A stretch of 62,436 bases of DNA, the filler included, from Kipferlia bialata (taxonomy: Eukaryota), in the NCBI GenBank assembly GCA_003568945.1. It is 5 parts of 5 records of this genome, joined end to end, with 100 filler letters (N's around TTAATTAATTAA, not from the genome) between each part and the next. Parts side by side here need not be neighbours in the genome. Positions count along the whole stretch, not along the records: positions 1 to 17,077 come from BDIP01000547.1; positions 17,178 to 26,939 come from BDIP01000548.1; 3 more parts are not named here. One strand, given 5' to 3'. The translations under genes and the position numbers were made by a program. Below are positions 9,500 through 21,191 of this stretch, piece by piece; the stretch's first letter is position 1; each line of letters starts with the position of its first letter. The notes beneath the pieces are model-generated. The model saw nothing but the letters and a program-made list of their open reading frames with translations. It did not search any database and was not told the origin of the DNA.

Positions 9500-12133
9500 T
9501 CAGTGGTCCACTCTCTTTAGGCCTAGCTCAGTCGCAAGTCTGCGCAGCCTCCTGACCTGACTGTAAGGACATTGGCAGGAGATGACTTACCAAGTGAGGA
9601 GGACCTTAAGGAACTATCACGGCTATATCCGGCTAGCCCGTTTCTACCATACCTCTGATATCTTGATGGGTGCCATGAGCTCTGGGTGCTCATAGGCCTG
9701 AGGTAATGGATTACTGTACATACTCTCTGTAAACAAGAACACTACGATACAGTCCAAATCTGACTCTCTAGTGTACTACATTAGAAAGTGAGGCCCAGGT
9801 GGCAGCCAGAGTAGTAGTTGACCATGATAATTGCGCAGTCTCCGCTCGGCCAACATTTATGAAGGCCTATCTAGTAAAGAGGGCACATACATTGTGTGCA
9901 GGTCGGTACTGAGCCATGACGTTGATACCAGCGCCGGGGCACACCTCACTGGAAGTCAGGAGAAGTCAACACAGATGGATATACACACACAACACATAAT
10001 GTCCTTCGAACATTGGAGAATGTAATGCTACATTTTGTGGTGGACAATCATGTGCTACACCTGACCATCCGCACCACTTGCTCTGACCCCCCAATGTCCC
10101 CAGGTAGCACCAGGTGTCTCACTAGTACACCCTTGGTGACTATGCCTGACAGGTCGAAGCAGAGGGGGCCGACCTAGGGTATGAGTTTCCATTAGGGTAT
10201 TAACATACTTGATCTCTTGCATTGTTGTGTTTCCTGGTGGCTGTGCCATTGTGGTCAAAGGAGAGAGGCCCCACCTGGAGTATGAGGGTAGGCCTTTCTG
10301 CTCATCTTCACCAGTCCTATATCTACTTCAACGACAATATAACGCTTGAATATACATTGGACACATGAGATTTCCCTACCTGTCTGTACATCTCCGCCAG
10401 TGCGGCTCGTGCCACCTCTGGGTATCCCTTACATCCACTGTACTTATAGGCAGCATCGGCGGATGAGTACTTGACATCGGGCTGATTGTAAGTATATTGA
10501 CTATACGAGATTCAATACTATGAATGAATCTCTATGAGACCAATATCCTGTAGGCCGCATCGGCTGAAGAGTACTTGACATCGTGCTGATTGTAAGTATA
10601 TCATAGTATACATAATTCAATACTATGAATGAATCTCTATGAGAACAACTACTTGAAAGCAGCATCTGCTGAGGAGTACTTGACATCGGGCTGACTGTAA
10701 GAGTATATTGACTATACTGGATTCAATACGGTCAATATGTATCCATATGAGATCAATAACCTGTTGGCAGCATCGGCTGAGGAGTACTCGACATCGGGCT
10801 GTCAATGAGAGTAGCAATACGCACCGTAAATGAAGTTGGCTCTGATTGCAGTTTCATTGACAAATCAATATGGCGTCCCCCACTCACCATGTATATGTCG
10901 ATCAGTCCATCGAGTAGCTCCAAGGTATGTACAGACTCATACCCCCCACAGTTGTACACAGTGGGGACAGAGAGACCCCGGGACCTGGCAAGACAGATGG
11001 ACTGGGGGTGAGGAAAGTGTGACAGGGGCCTATACATAACTCTACCCAATCATCCCTGCTACTGCTGGGATATAGTATACCAAAAGGTCTATTCTCTAGA
11101 GAGAGAAGGGGAGAGAGAAGTAGGGTTCTATACCTCTGCCACTATGTGTGATACGTGTGTCGGTGTGACGTAGTTGATGTTGGCAGCTCCCTGGGCTGGA
11201 GTGAGTACTAGTTACTACGCCACATAATGAAGAGGTTACCTCTTAGAGGTAAGTACACCTTGCAGCTCCAGGGCCAGTCTTGCCATCCCCTCTGCGTCCA
11301 TCTCATGCCCTGCAGTGGGGCACTGGGAGATATCGTAGTTCTAGTGGTGAGGGGTCAGCGACATACTACTCTGGTATCGAAAGGTATACAGCGAGAGGCT
11401 GTGGCTCTAGGGGGTGAGCAAGGTGGATATATTAATGAAAGACCCCTATTGATACAGGATAGGAGGGTGTATTAGAGTGGAAGGAGACTGGGGGAGATAT
11501 AGTGCCTGACCTGACAGTACACGCAGTGGAGGTTGCACCCACTCAGGAATATGGTGCCACTCCCACTCTTACCCACTAGGCAGGGCTCTTCTCCTGTGGT
11601 GTGACAAGCTGTGTGACAAGATGGGTAACAAGAAGAGTAGTCGCCTTACCATAGTGTAGACCGTGACTTGCCACGTGGGCATTGATATACGTCCTGCAGA
11701 AGCCGGTGGTAACATGTCGAAATGTGAGTAAGTGATACTAGTGTAACTTAATACGAGAGCCAAGCGTAAGGACATTGCTCTTAGCCTCCAGACTGTATAT
11801 ATGTGTAGAGAGAGAGAGACATCCTCCCACCTGTTGCTGGTACAGTGTTATACTATATTAGTGTACCGTGCCACCCAACATACCTATCCACCCTGCAGTC
11901 CCTTGGACACATGGTGCATGACTCCAACATGGACCTGGAACATCAGAGTGTAATGTAGACAGTGATAGCGGCAATTACTAATATAAATAGCCTCGACCCT
12001 TCTATCTCCGAGTAGTAGCATTCCCAATCCCGACACTCACGGCCAACTAAGGACTCTAGAGTGTGGTGTCAACTGCGTGTATACAAGACACCCGTACATA
12101 CCTGAGCTCCTTGACATTGTCGGGGTACTCCAT
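9500..12133 (-). CDS. Radical SAM protein, PflX-like (putative pyruvate formate-lyase activating enzyme family), about 12 exons
   Basis: Spliced: MEYPDNVKELRSMLESCTMCPRDCRVDR..GFCR..HYGEEPCLVGKSGSGTIFLSGCNLHCVYCQNYDISQ (CxxxCxxC)..GAANINYVTPTH..VYNCGGYESVHTLELLDGLIDIYMPDVKY..EMYRQVG..GVLVRHLVLPG..INVMAQYRPAHN..LGLKRVDH*. Confidence 0.9.
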
Positions 12134-12459
12134 CGGTACTGCGGTTGCGTGTAGGTATAGCACCCTGCAATGTGTAGGAAGCGTAGAGGGCAGAACTTCT
12201 GCCGCAGAAGGTGGTTTGGCGAACTGTAGACAGGTCTCTTTCGTAGTCCGAAAGTACTGTTCGTACAGCCTTACGAAGGCACTGTAAACTGTACTGTGAG
12301 TTTGAGTATTCTTAGCTTCACTCTACACAATATGATAAAAATAGAAGGAAGAGTTTACATATCCATTTGGGCTGCCTCCAAGTGGATAACAATTCATAAT
12401 CATCAAACCACCAAGACATGATGATTCATACCATATCTATTGAAACCCTGCCCTTGATA

Positions 12460-12615
12460 TCCCCTGTGCATGGTCCACTCCAGTCACGGGGACATTGGGA
12501 CATACTATTACAATACTACTCCTGGAACTAAGTAAGTACCCCACCCAATCTCTAACTCTTTACCCTTGTCAATATATTCCCCTGTGCGTGGTCCACTCCA
12601 GTCACGGGGACACAG
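12460..12615. repeat. Local duplication of about 35 bp between the kinesin stop and the radical SAM start
   Basis: CCCCTGTGCATGGTCCACTCCAGTCACGGGGACA near 12460 and CCCCTGTGCGTGGTCCACTCCAGTCACGGGGACA near 12579. Confidence 0.7.
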
Positions 12616-12695
12616 AGACACACTATTACTACTGCAACTCCAAAGAATATTACTATCCACTCAGACTACATCTACCTCTCTCTCTCTCTCTCTCT

Positions 12696-15600
12696 CTATG
12701 CCTGAGGAGGCAGGTCATCGCACCCCACCCACTCGGCCTCTCTCGCCTTCATCCGTCTGGCCCTCTGGGCAGTCCGCTTGGCAGCTGCGTCCTTCTCTGA
12801 GGGGTTAGTGCCATCGCGTAGTTTAGTGGATATCGTGTAGATAAATAGGGTAAGTTACCTGCTGTTGGTCTGGCTGAGGAGGACACTGCTCTCTTCTTGG
12901 ACTGTTGCTTAAGGGTGTAGATGGCCTCATAGAGTGTGTCCCCCAGGTGCTCTCTGTCGTTGACAGCACGGGTCAGCTCGGCCTGGAGTTAGTAGATATA
13001 TATATGCATACATATACATATAGGGAAGGGGAGAGAGAGAGAGAGAGAGAGATATGCTCTCTGTCGTTGACAGCACGGGTCAGCTCGGCCTGGAGTCAAT
13101 ATTACATAGTATGACATTATGTACCTAGACACAGAGAGATATGACTCCAGTTCGAGTGAGCTCGACCTATGGATAAGGACTTTGGGTGTACAAACCTTAG
13201 TCATTGTAAGAATGATCTTGACTGGGAGGTTCTTGAATGCGGCTGGGCAGTGGCCGATGGTCATCTCGATCCAGGACTGGGGGGTTAGATAATAGTGTAT
13301 AGAACTTAATGCCTATCAAGTGTACACAAATACACTTTGATACCTGCATCTGGGTCTTAGACCATGCCATGGGTCCCTTGTTCTTGACATCAGTCCCAGA
13401 GCACAGCAGGGCGGCATACCTAAGGGTGAGGGATCGCGTAAAAATATGCCACACCATTACATACTATGTCACTATCACACCTGATGCTGCTGATGGTCTG
13501 TCTGACGTCTCTCTGGATAGGGGACACATTCACAATGATGCACGTGTCGGGGGCAGTCTTGGCTGAGGGTCAATAATAGCGGGAATCCTCAAGAGTACGT
13601 GTAAACCAATCATCCCTTTAGCCCTCTCCCTTCTCTTCAGATAATAGAAACAACGCATGACTTCTAGCTTGTTACTCACCCTTTCCCTTTCTGTTGAGGC
13701 AGTTCTTCAGCAGGAGGGTCAGCTTGTCATTGCGGTAGGGCACAAAGGCGCTGTTCTCAGCCACCTGAGGCATTAAAACAAGAATATCGCGTAACATATA
13801 TATATATATATCGCGTAAGTATGTGTACCTTTCTCATGCAGTCCTTGAGGGCCATCAGACTGAAGTTGATCTGGGAGGTCTCCTTGACACGGTCCTGGGG
13901 GGTCAGACACTGGTAAGACTATAAAAATGATATACATACATAGATGACCTATGTATTAGTGTACACGTATATATGTATACACTGAAGTTGATCTGGAAGG
14001 TCTCCTTGACACGGTCCTGGGGGGGTCAGAGAAGTATAATTGTATATTGAATATATAATCTCAATTTAATAGTATAGTAGTATAGACACAGATATATAGA
14101 TGATTTATATATATATGCCATGTGAGGTCTCCTTGACACGGTCCTGGGGGGGGGGGGTTAGAGAAATACAGTAACCTAGTGTAGGAATAGAGATACATAG
14201 AGTCTGATACATATAGTACTGGCAGATTTCTAGACACAATCCTGAGTTTAGAGGGGAAGGTACTGCATTTCTTGACACAGAAATACATCAACATATAATA
14301 TGTAATATACTATTTGTATACCTATAGGGTCATGGAAGAGCTGGCCCCTAGTGTTCTCACATATTTATAGTTATATCTCAGCAATATATCAGGAGAAATA
14401 ATAATTCTTAGTAATCAACATGTAAATACATATATAAATACCTGGTCATGGAAGAGCTGGTCCTTTGTGTTCTAACCATTATACATACATATATCGTCTC
14501 TATATAATTATCATGACAGGTACATTATCTCTCTCTCTTGATACATATGGATACATGTATACCTGGTCATGGAAGAGCTGGTCCTTTGTGTTCTCACTGC
14601 CAGCTAGGTCGAGGAACCTGATCCTAGGGTGAGACACAAACCAATAGAACAGTTCTATGACACAGTACACAACACACATCGGCCAAACTGTATGTACCTG
14701 CTCTTGTTTGCCAGGCTGAATGTGTATATGGCATGGGACCGAGAGGACTGGGTGTTGCGGTGGGTGCCTGGTGTTATAAGATACAGAGAGTGCAATATGT
14801 AGACAACTGCTATATGCGGCAGGAGAGTTCCATGTAGAATGGGGGAGTCAATATACAACTGTGAGTATATAGTTTATACATATATATATATAATGCACGT
14901 ACCCACAGTGTGCCTATTGGCCATGATAGTCTCCACCAGAGTGGTCAGGGTCACATACACATACACTCATATATATATACAATATCCTACTGAATATACT
15001 ATATCTACATACCCACTGTGTGCCTATTGGCCATGATAGTCTCCACCAGAGTGGTCAGGGTCATACACATACCTACTCATATAACATATACTCTAATAGT
15101 ATACTATATAATATACTATATCTACATACCCACAGTGTGTCTGTTTGCCATGATTGTCTCCACCAGAGTGGTCAGGGTGATGGCATCGCCACACTCAGTG
15201 CGGGTGACGCCTGTTGTTAGCATGTATATACAAACATATATAGTATATTACTACTATATATACTGCTTGTCAGGGTTATGGCATCACCACACTCAGTGCG
15301 GGTAACACCTGGGATAAGGGTGTAGACAGAGATATAGAGAGAGAGAGAGAGATAGTATGCTTGGTCAGGTTGATGGGATAATGGACACTGGAGGAAGAGA
15401 ACACATTAAACATCTATCGAAGGCCGAATGATGTACCAAGTATGTAGCTATATGAATTGTACACACTACACACACCCTGTATGGACACCCCCTTGGGTGA
15501 CTCCCTGATGAAGACCTCATCGTCAGTGGTCAGGTCACTGAGAGTGAGGACAGTACTCATATATCATACACATATGAACTATCTCTCATTCCACTAGTAT

Positions 15601-16536
15601 ACTCACCGCGTAGTCTTTCCCAGCATCTCCATGGCGTCAAATGTGACAGGGCCCTGGGGGGTCTTGCCGTCCACGCCCTGGTACCGGAAGATCTGCGAGT
15701 TAGCAATATCCTACCACATACAAATACACATATTATGTTGACGTAATTAGTATAGTTATGTACTTGTGTGTATCTACATCCATACCTCCTCAAGTGCGTA
15801 CTGGATCAGGGCGTTGATGGTGTAGGTCTTGCCACTGGGGGTGAGGGATTACAAATACTGATGGACCTAAAGACATGTATACATGTATACATATGTAGGT
15901 ATTCAACATAATATACCTGTTTGTCTGCCCATATGCCAGGATGGTGGCTGCCTTGATCTCACCCCGGATGGCCCTGGGGGTGATATGTGTATATATATAT
16001 CTATAATACTACATATATAGAAGGCCCTGCCGGTGAGAGAGAGGGAAAGAGAGAGGGAGGAACACGTCAATTTCGAATGTACTATTCTCATACCTCATGA
16101 TGAGTGAGTGGATGTAGTTGCCATACAGGTCCGGGTTGGAGATCTCAACAGCTGACGTAAGGATGCGCGTGAGAGATAGAGAGGGGTAGGAGGGGGGAGA
16201 TGGTAGCAGGATATAAGGCATACTGTTTCTACCTGTATCTAACTGGCATTCCTTGACAAAGTTCAACTACTTATGGACACAACTAGAAACGAAGGTGATG
16301 AATACATATATACCTGCGTGCAGCTTGAACTTGCTTGTCTTGAGACAGGGAGTGATGCCATGTATTGTATTGTATATAGTACAAACATACTATATAATAC
16401 TACTACTATCTTTAGTAGGTATCATACCCGCGTGCAGCTTGAACTTGTTTGTCTTGAGACAGGGTGTGATGCCATCCACCGAGGTGGAGCACTGATGGAC
16501 ATAGCATGTTCTGAGGTTAGGGATAACAAGAGCGAG

Positions 16537-16575
<39 letters not shown>

Positions 16576-16802
16576 GTGATGCCATCGACAGAGGTGGTGC
16601 ACTGATGGACATAGCATGTTCTGGTATGAGTATGCATATATATATATATATATGGGGTGAAAAGGCTATATCCTGTGTGCATAACAGTATAAGCATAAAT
16701 GTGAATATATGTCAGTACCTCCCGTCTGTGTGGACGCTCTCTGTGCTGTCCCCCCTCACGTCTCCCTTGTTGTCATGGTCAAAGGGGAGGACAGGCCTCT
16801 TC
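12696..16802 (-). CDS. Kinesin motor protein, kinesin-13-like, with a C-terminal SAM-like domain; 5'-truncated by contig end
   Basis: RKRPVL; LAYGQTNSGKT (P-loop); NTQSSRSHAI (switch I); FLDLAGSE (switch II); INFSLMALKDCMR; VPYRNDKLTLLLKNCL; TCIIVNVSP..TISSIRYA; tail PMAWSKTQMQSWI..FKNLPVKIILTMTKAEL..GDTLYEAI. Confidence 0.88.
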
Positions 16803-16932
16803 CTAAGAGGTAGGAGTGAGTGAGAGACAGAGAGAGAGTGTGTGTGTGAGGGAGAGAGAGAGAGACCCTTGTTGTCATGGTCAAAGGGGAGCACAGGCCT
16901 CTTCCTAAGGTTATGTATATGTATATATATAA

Positions 16933-16965
<33 letters not shown>

Positions 16966-17044
16966 CTCTTGTTGTCATGGTCAAAGGGCAGGAGAGGCCT
17001 CTTCCTAAGGTTAGGTATGAGTATATATATATAGAGAGAGAGAG

Positions 17045-17077
<33 letters not shown>

Positions 17078-17177
17078 NNNNNNNNNNNNNNNNNNNNNNN
17101 NNNNNNNNNNNNNNNNNNNNNTTAATTAATTAANNNNNNNNNNNNNNNNNNNNNNNNNNNNNNNNNNNNNNNNNNNN
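17078..17177. other. Artificial contig-joining spacer
   Basis: 100 nt of N with central TTAATTAATTAA. Confidence 0.98.
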
Positions 17178-17428
17178 AACTCCAGTTCCTCTCTCAGCTG
17201 CGCCAGGAGCACTCTAAGCTTCAAGAGAGACTAGTTGAGGAGGAGGCAGACCTCAGGGCCATGGAACAGAGAGTCAGAGACCTGCGAGCCGATCTCTCTC
17301 ATTTGTCGGATCTTATCGAGTCCCATACAGGAGGAACAGATGGTATTGATAATACAGTACGTACATACGTCTCCTAATCTTGACAGAGCAGAAGCATATC
17401 TTCCGAAGGTCTCACGAAAGGTGCCTAG
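17178..17428 (+). CDS. 3' end of a coiled-coil protein (partial)
   Basis: LQFLSQLRQEHSKLQERLVEEEADLRAMEQRVRDLRADL...DNT, short GTACGT..TTGACAG intron, then SRSISSEGLTKGA*. Confidence 0.45.
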
Positions 17429-18695
17429 AGCCACGGACTTGGCTGACGTTAGAGGTGAGGCCAGTGATAACAACATGGCTGACAACAAGGCCGACAAGGC
17501 AGAGAGAGAAGGGGGAATGGAGGACCGGTAGAGAGAGAGGGGTAATGGGCGCTGGTGACAAGGTGTATGCTGCCTGAGTAGGGAAGTAGGGTATGAACGT
17601 ATGTGTGGGATACGAGTCCCTGTACTACCTTAATTGCTTAGACAGATGGATGCCTGGCTGTATAACTCCACAACACAGATAAATCTAAATGCAGTCTCAA
17701 TATACTTCTTTGTCTTCTAACACGCTGTATGTATCAACCTCTGTTGTCACAACATACATTCACCTACACACTCTAGTATGCACACCACAATGAGGCCTTG
17801 CAGAAGAATGTCTACCTCTGTTTGCCCCTCTTCCCCTCCTGTCTCTTGCGTCACGGCAGCATTCCTTGCTATCTAAGCCCTTCTCAACCCTACGCAACCT
17901 CACGGTTATGCCTGAATCACTTGACTTGTGTATTTGTAAGAAGAAGTGATCTGACACCCTGCTGCAGCCTATTGTCGGGGGGGCTGGCAGGAGAGGTATT
18001 CGAGACTCTGCAACAGAGGCCCCTTCCCATCAGGCTGTGGCAAGAGAGGCTACAGGTTCAGTAGAGGACGGAGCGTGGGACAGGGTGGGAAGAGAGTACC
18101 TGGCAATCCTGACACATTGATGGGTTGTGGTCCCCAACTTGGGGAGAGACACACTCCATACACAACGACGCGATACCAGACACACCATGTCCAGGGTCAC
18201 TCTTTTCAACCCCACTGAGGTAGGAGCCTGCACTCTACTGCTCACTCTAGATGTTATCACCCTTTGTGTTTGCCAGGTGCTGAATCAGGAAGGACACATT
18301 GAGAGGGACTGGAGGGCGTCGACGACGCCCTTCCTGTGCAGCGCACTATCCTCACACACATCGTCCTGGGAACATAGACAGAGAGGTCAGGCCTCTTCGA
18401 CGATAACAAGGGGTAGAGAGAGCATACTATGTATGAGTGTGAGTTAAAATGATTCCCGAATGAAATTACCTCTGACACCGGGCCATCTGGGGACTAGCAA
18501 TATTGCAGTGTGATGTCTCGGTGGAATACAGGTACGACAGCGGTGATTTGAGACAGATATGTTAAACAGGTGTACATAATTCCTCACAGATAGTGACTGT
18601 CAAATCATTTATGTAATTAATTAAATGCTCTACTCCGATGCTCTTTGAATTATAGTATACATGTTAGTTTGTGACGAAAGGTAGGGTTTGGAGTC

Positions 18696-19926
18696 TCACG
18701 TCTCTGCCGGGTTGTCAACCCCCAGTGTGACTCTCCAGTCCTTGTCCCACTCTAGTAGTCGCCCCCACCCCATCTCAACGCTAGGGTATAGAAGTGACTC
18801 GTTGAGAGTGACAATGGAAGCGTATAGCAGCCTATCGTCGTTGTCTACTATTGATGTAGTATCGAGACAGAGCAGTGTATTGTGCGTGATACAAGCCCCA
18901 ATGTATGAGCTATCCTCAATCTCAGGCTCCGGGTGAGGATTGTCCCCAATTCTGCTCCAGTCCCCACTGACAGTGTCGTGTAGGTGGATGCCGGAGTCAC
19001 AACCGAGTAGAATAAGACGTCCAAAGGTCTAACGTTAGGGAAGAATTACGTATGGCATACAGACTATGTTCAAATATCTAGAACATAAATACCTGAGCGA
19101 AAGCCACACCCACACTGTTCATAGGAAGGCGGCCTACATTCTCCCATCCGTCTTCAAGGGTATATGTCCAGATACCCCCCTCACCATTGCGACCAGTAAA
19201 CACATATAGGGTGTCATCCACCACAGTGTGTGCCTTGGAGTCCGTGAGGTCGGGACACTCTCTACCATCCTCTGTCCAGACCTGGGTCTCTGGGTTGTAT
19301 ATACATGTGCCAATACCCTCCATGGTCGCCTTCAATGAATATTGCTCTCCAGGTACGAACACACACTGCCCGTCCAGGACACATGTGAGTGGATACATCA
19401 TATACTTCTGTACATGCATGGTCATACCAAGTGGAAGGCGCATTATCACACCACTCTCTGAAATGTACTGAGAAGAGTACTCCGAGTTTCTCTTAGGAGG
19501 AGAGAGAGGGTCGGCCAGATCATGAATGAGGGCAAACCGACGCCCGTCCTCGATAACCCCATCTCTATCAGCCAAATTAATAACGACATAGCGAGTGAGT
19601 GTCCCATTGATCAGCGCCGGAGAACTGTGGTGTATGCGGTCTCCTTGCAGAGCCCCTATAGCAGTAGGGAAACAGTGTCTCTGGTGGAGACAGTTGCCAA
19701 GGTCAATTATGTACTCATAATCGACCAAAAATTCATTGTCCTCCAGTCCCAACAAAACGGAAGAGCCCCCGAGAGTGAGAAGGGTATCTACCCTGAAGAA
19801 ATGGGCTCCAACGGGAACAGGGGGGCATCGGGGTAGGGTGAGAGTGATGGCTCTAACTCCCATGGCTGCTCCCTGCTCTCGGTGTGCATCCCCATATGAG
19901 TAGTGGTCTGTGGGAGTCATGGACAT
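18696..19926 (-). CDS. Kelch/galactose-oxidase-like beta-propeller protein, 2 exons
   Basis: Blade-like repeats IYNPETQVW, HTVVDDTLYVFTG..IWTYTLEDGWENVG, FGRLILLG..IHLHDTVSGDWSRI; GT-AG intron about 19029-19092. Confidence 0.6.
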
Positions 19927-20254
19927 ACCGCAGTGTACTAGCCCTGGGGTTGGAAAGGAGGTGTAAACATATTCGAATACACTTCTATGTGTATGTATGT
20001 ACATGTGTGGAGGCGATTGTCGTGCTACCAATGGTAGTCTACCATACATGATTACCTCACTACTGCATGATGAGGTGCAAAGACTCGCCCAGTATACAAC
20101 ATATGTAATTCAAAATGAAAGTATACAGTGGAGTGTGTATGTACTCCTGTGCCCATGCAATCACACCACGCACAGGAAACAAATGGTAATGGGGGAAATG
20201 ATGTAGGCATAGGCATTACCTGAATTCTAGTGAATAGCGCATTAGTATGTGAAT

Positions 20255-20304
20255 TGGGGGGGGGGGGGGGGAGGGGGGTGGGGGGGGGGGGGGGGGGGGG
20301 CGCG

Positions 20305-20338
<34 letters not shown>
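20255..20338. repeat. Poly-G/C run (probable assembly break point)
   Basis: About 80 nt nearly pure G; the upstream LRR gene has no continuation beyond it. Confidence 0.8.
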
Positions 20339-20406
20339 TGAGTGCATTGACTGGTGAATGATTGCGAGGCACACGCATGGCTACACATTTACAATAATGT
20401 ACTTAC

Positions 20407-20842
20407 CTCAATGGACAGAATACGAGTGTTTGGGGCCAGGTAGCGTGCGAGTGGCTCAGCGGCCTCAGCCCCCAGCTTGTTCTTGGACAGGACTATGTGC
20501 TGGGCCTGGGGGCACTGCTGCAGCACCTGGAACATGGGGCCAAGGTCAGCTGGGGTGAGACTGGAACAGAACATAATCGGGATTGGTCTCGGGATATTGA
20601 CTCTCATACAACTTGCTCTCTATCATCTTGCAGTGACACTGATATATATACTCAAACACACCTGCGCTGACAAAGGAGCCAGAGAGGTTCAGGGTACCGT
20701 TCTGCGGCACAGAAACCTGGAGCTGTCTCAGAAACTCTGTCAGCGGTCTCACCCTCTCCTTCATACAGAGGGACTGGTATCTCTTGGCCAAGGCGTCGAT
20801 GCCTGGCCCACCGGTTCCACCACCACCCTGTGTTGACCGCAT
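20407..20842 (-). CDS. RNI-like leucine-rich repeat protein, first two exons only
   Basis: YQSLCMKERVRPL..LNLSGSFVSA|ADLGPMFQVLQQCPQAQHIVLSKNKLGAEAAEPLARYLAPNTRILSIE|GTAAGT. Confidence 0.65.
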
Positions 20843-21191
20843 TTGAATGATAGCGCCCTAAGAATAGTTCTCTTGACAAAGAACTGGCACTCGGTGGTAT
20901 TGAAAGAGTGTATATGGCCTGCAATATTGAGCCTGCATCGAAATGAAAAACTAAGGGTTTAGAAAGAATTATTGAATCACTGATTCGTTGATTCTGATAG
21001 TCACTTGTCACGCTGTTCAATACTATTCTCAAGCCACGTACCAATATTGCCTCGCACATGGTGTTCCTATCAGATAATATAATCTCTTGGGGAATATCTA
21101 TGAATACAGTGCGGGTCAAAAATACCAAGAGAGAGAGACACATATAGTATATCCACAAGTAATGAGTGAACTTCAAAGCCTGGTGTATCTA

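Noticed and set aside
1930..17015. Echoes as mutually exclusive alternative exons
   Set aside because: Almost all are truncated and carry only one splice site, so they cannot replace the full exon by ordinary cis-splicing
17078..17177. TTAATTAATTAA motif within N runs (also at 26940, 39007, 56166)
   Set aside because: Identical 100-nt artificial linkers; gene adjacency across them has no meaning
17600..18600. GC-richer patches with short ORFs (also 56266-57300)
   Set aside because: No consistent frame or recognisable motif; possibly decayed genes, but not supportable from sequence alone
20052..20378. Poly-proline ORFs (also 23734-24012 and 51759-51980)
   Set aside because: They arise from poly-C/G homopolymer runs in introns or at assembly joins
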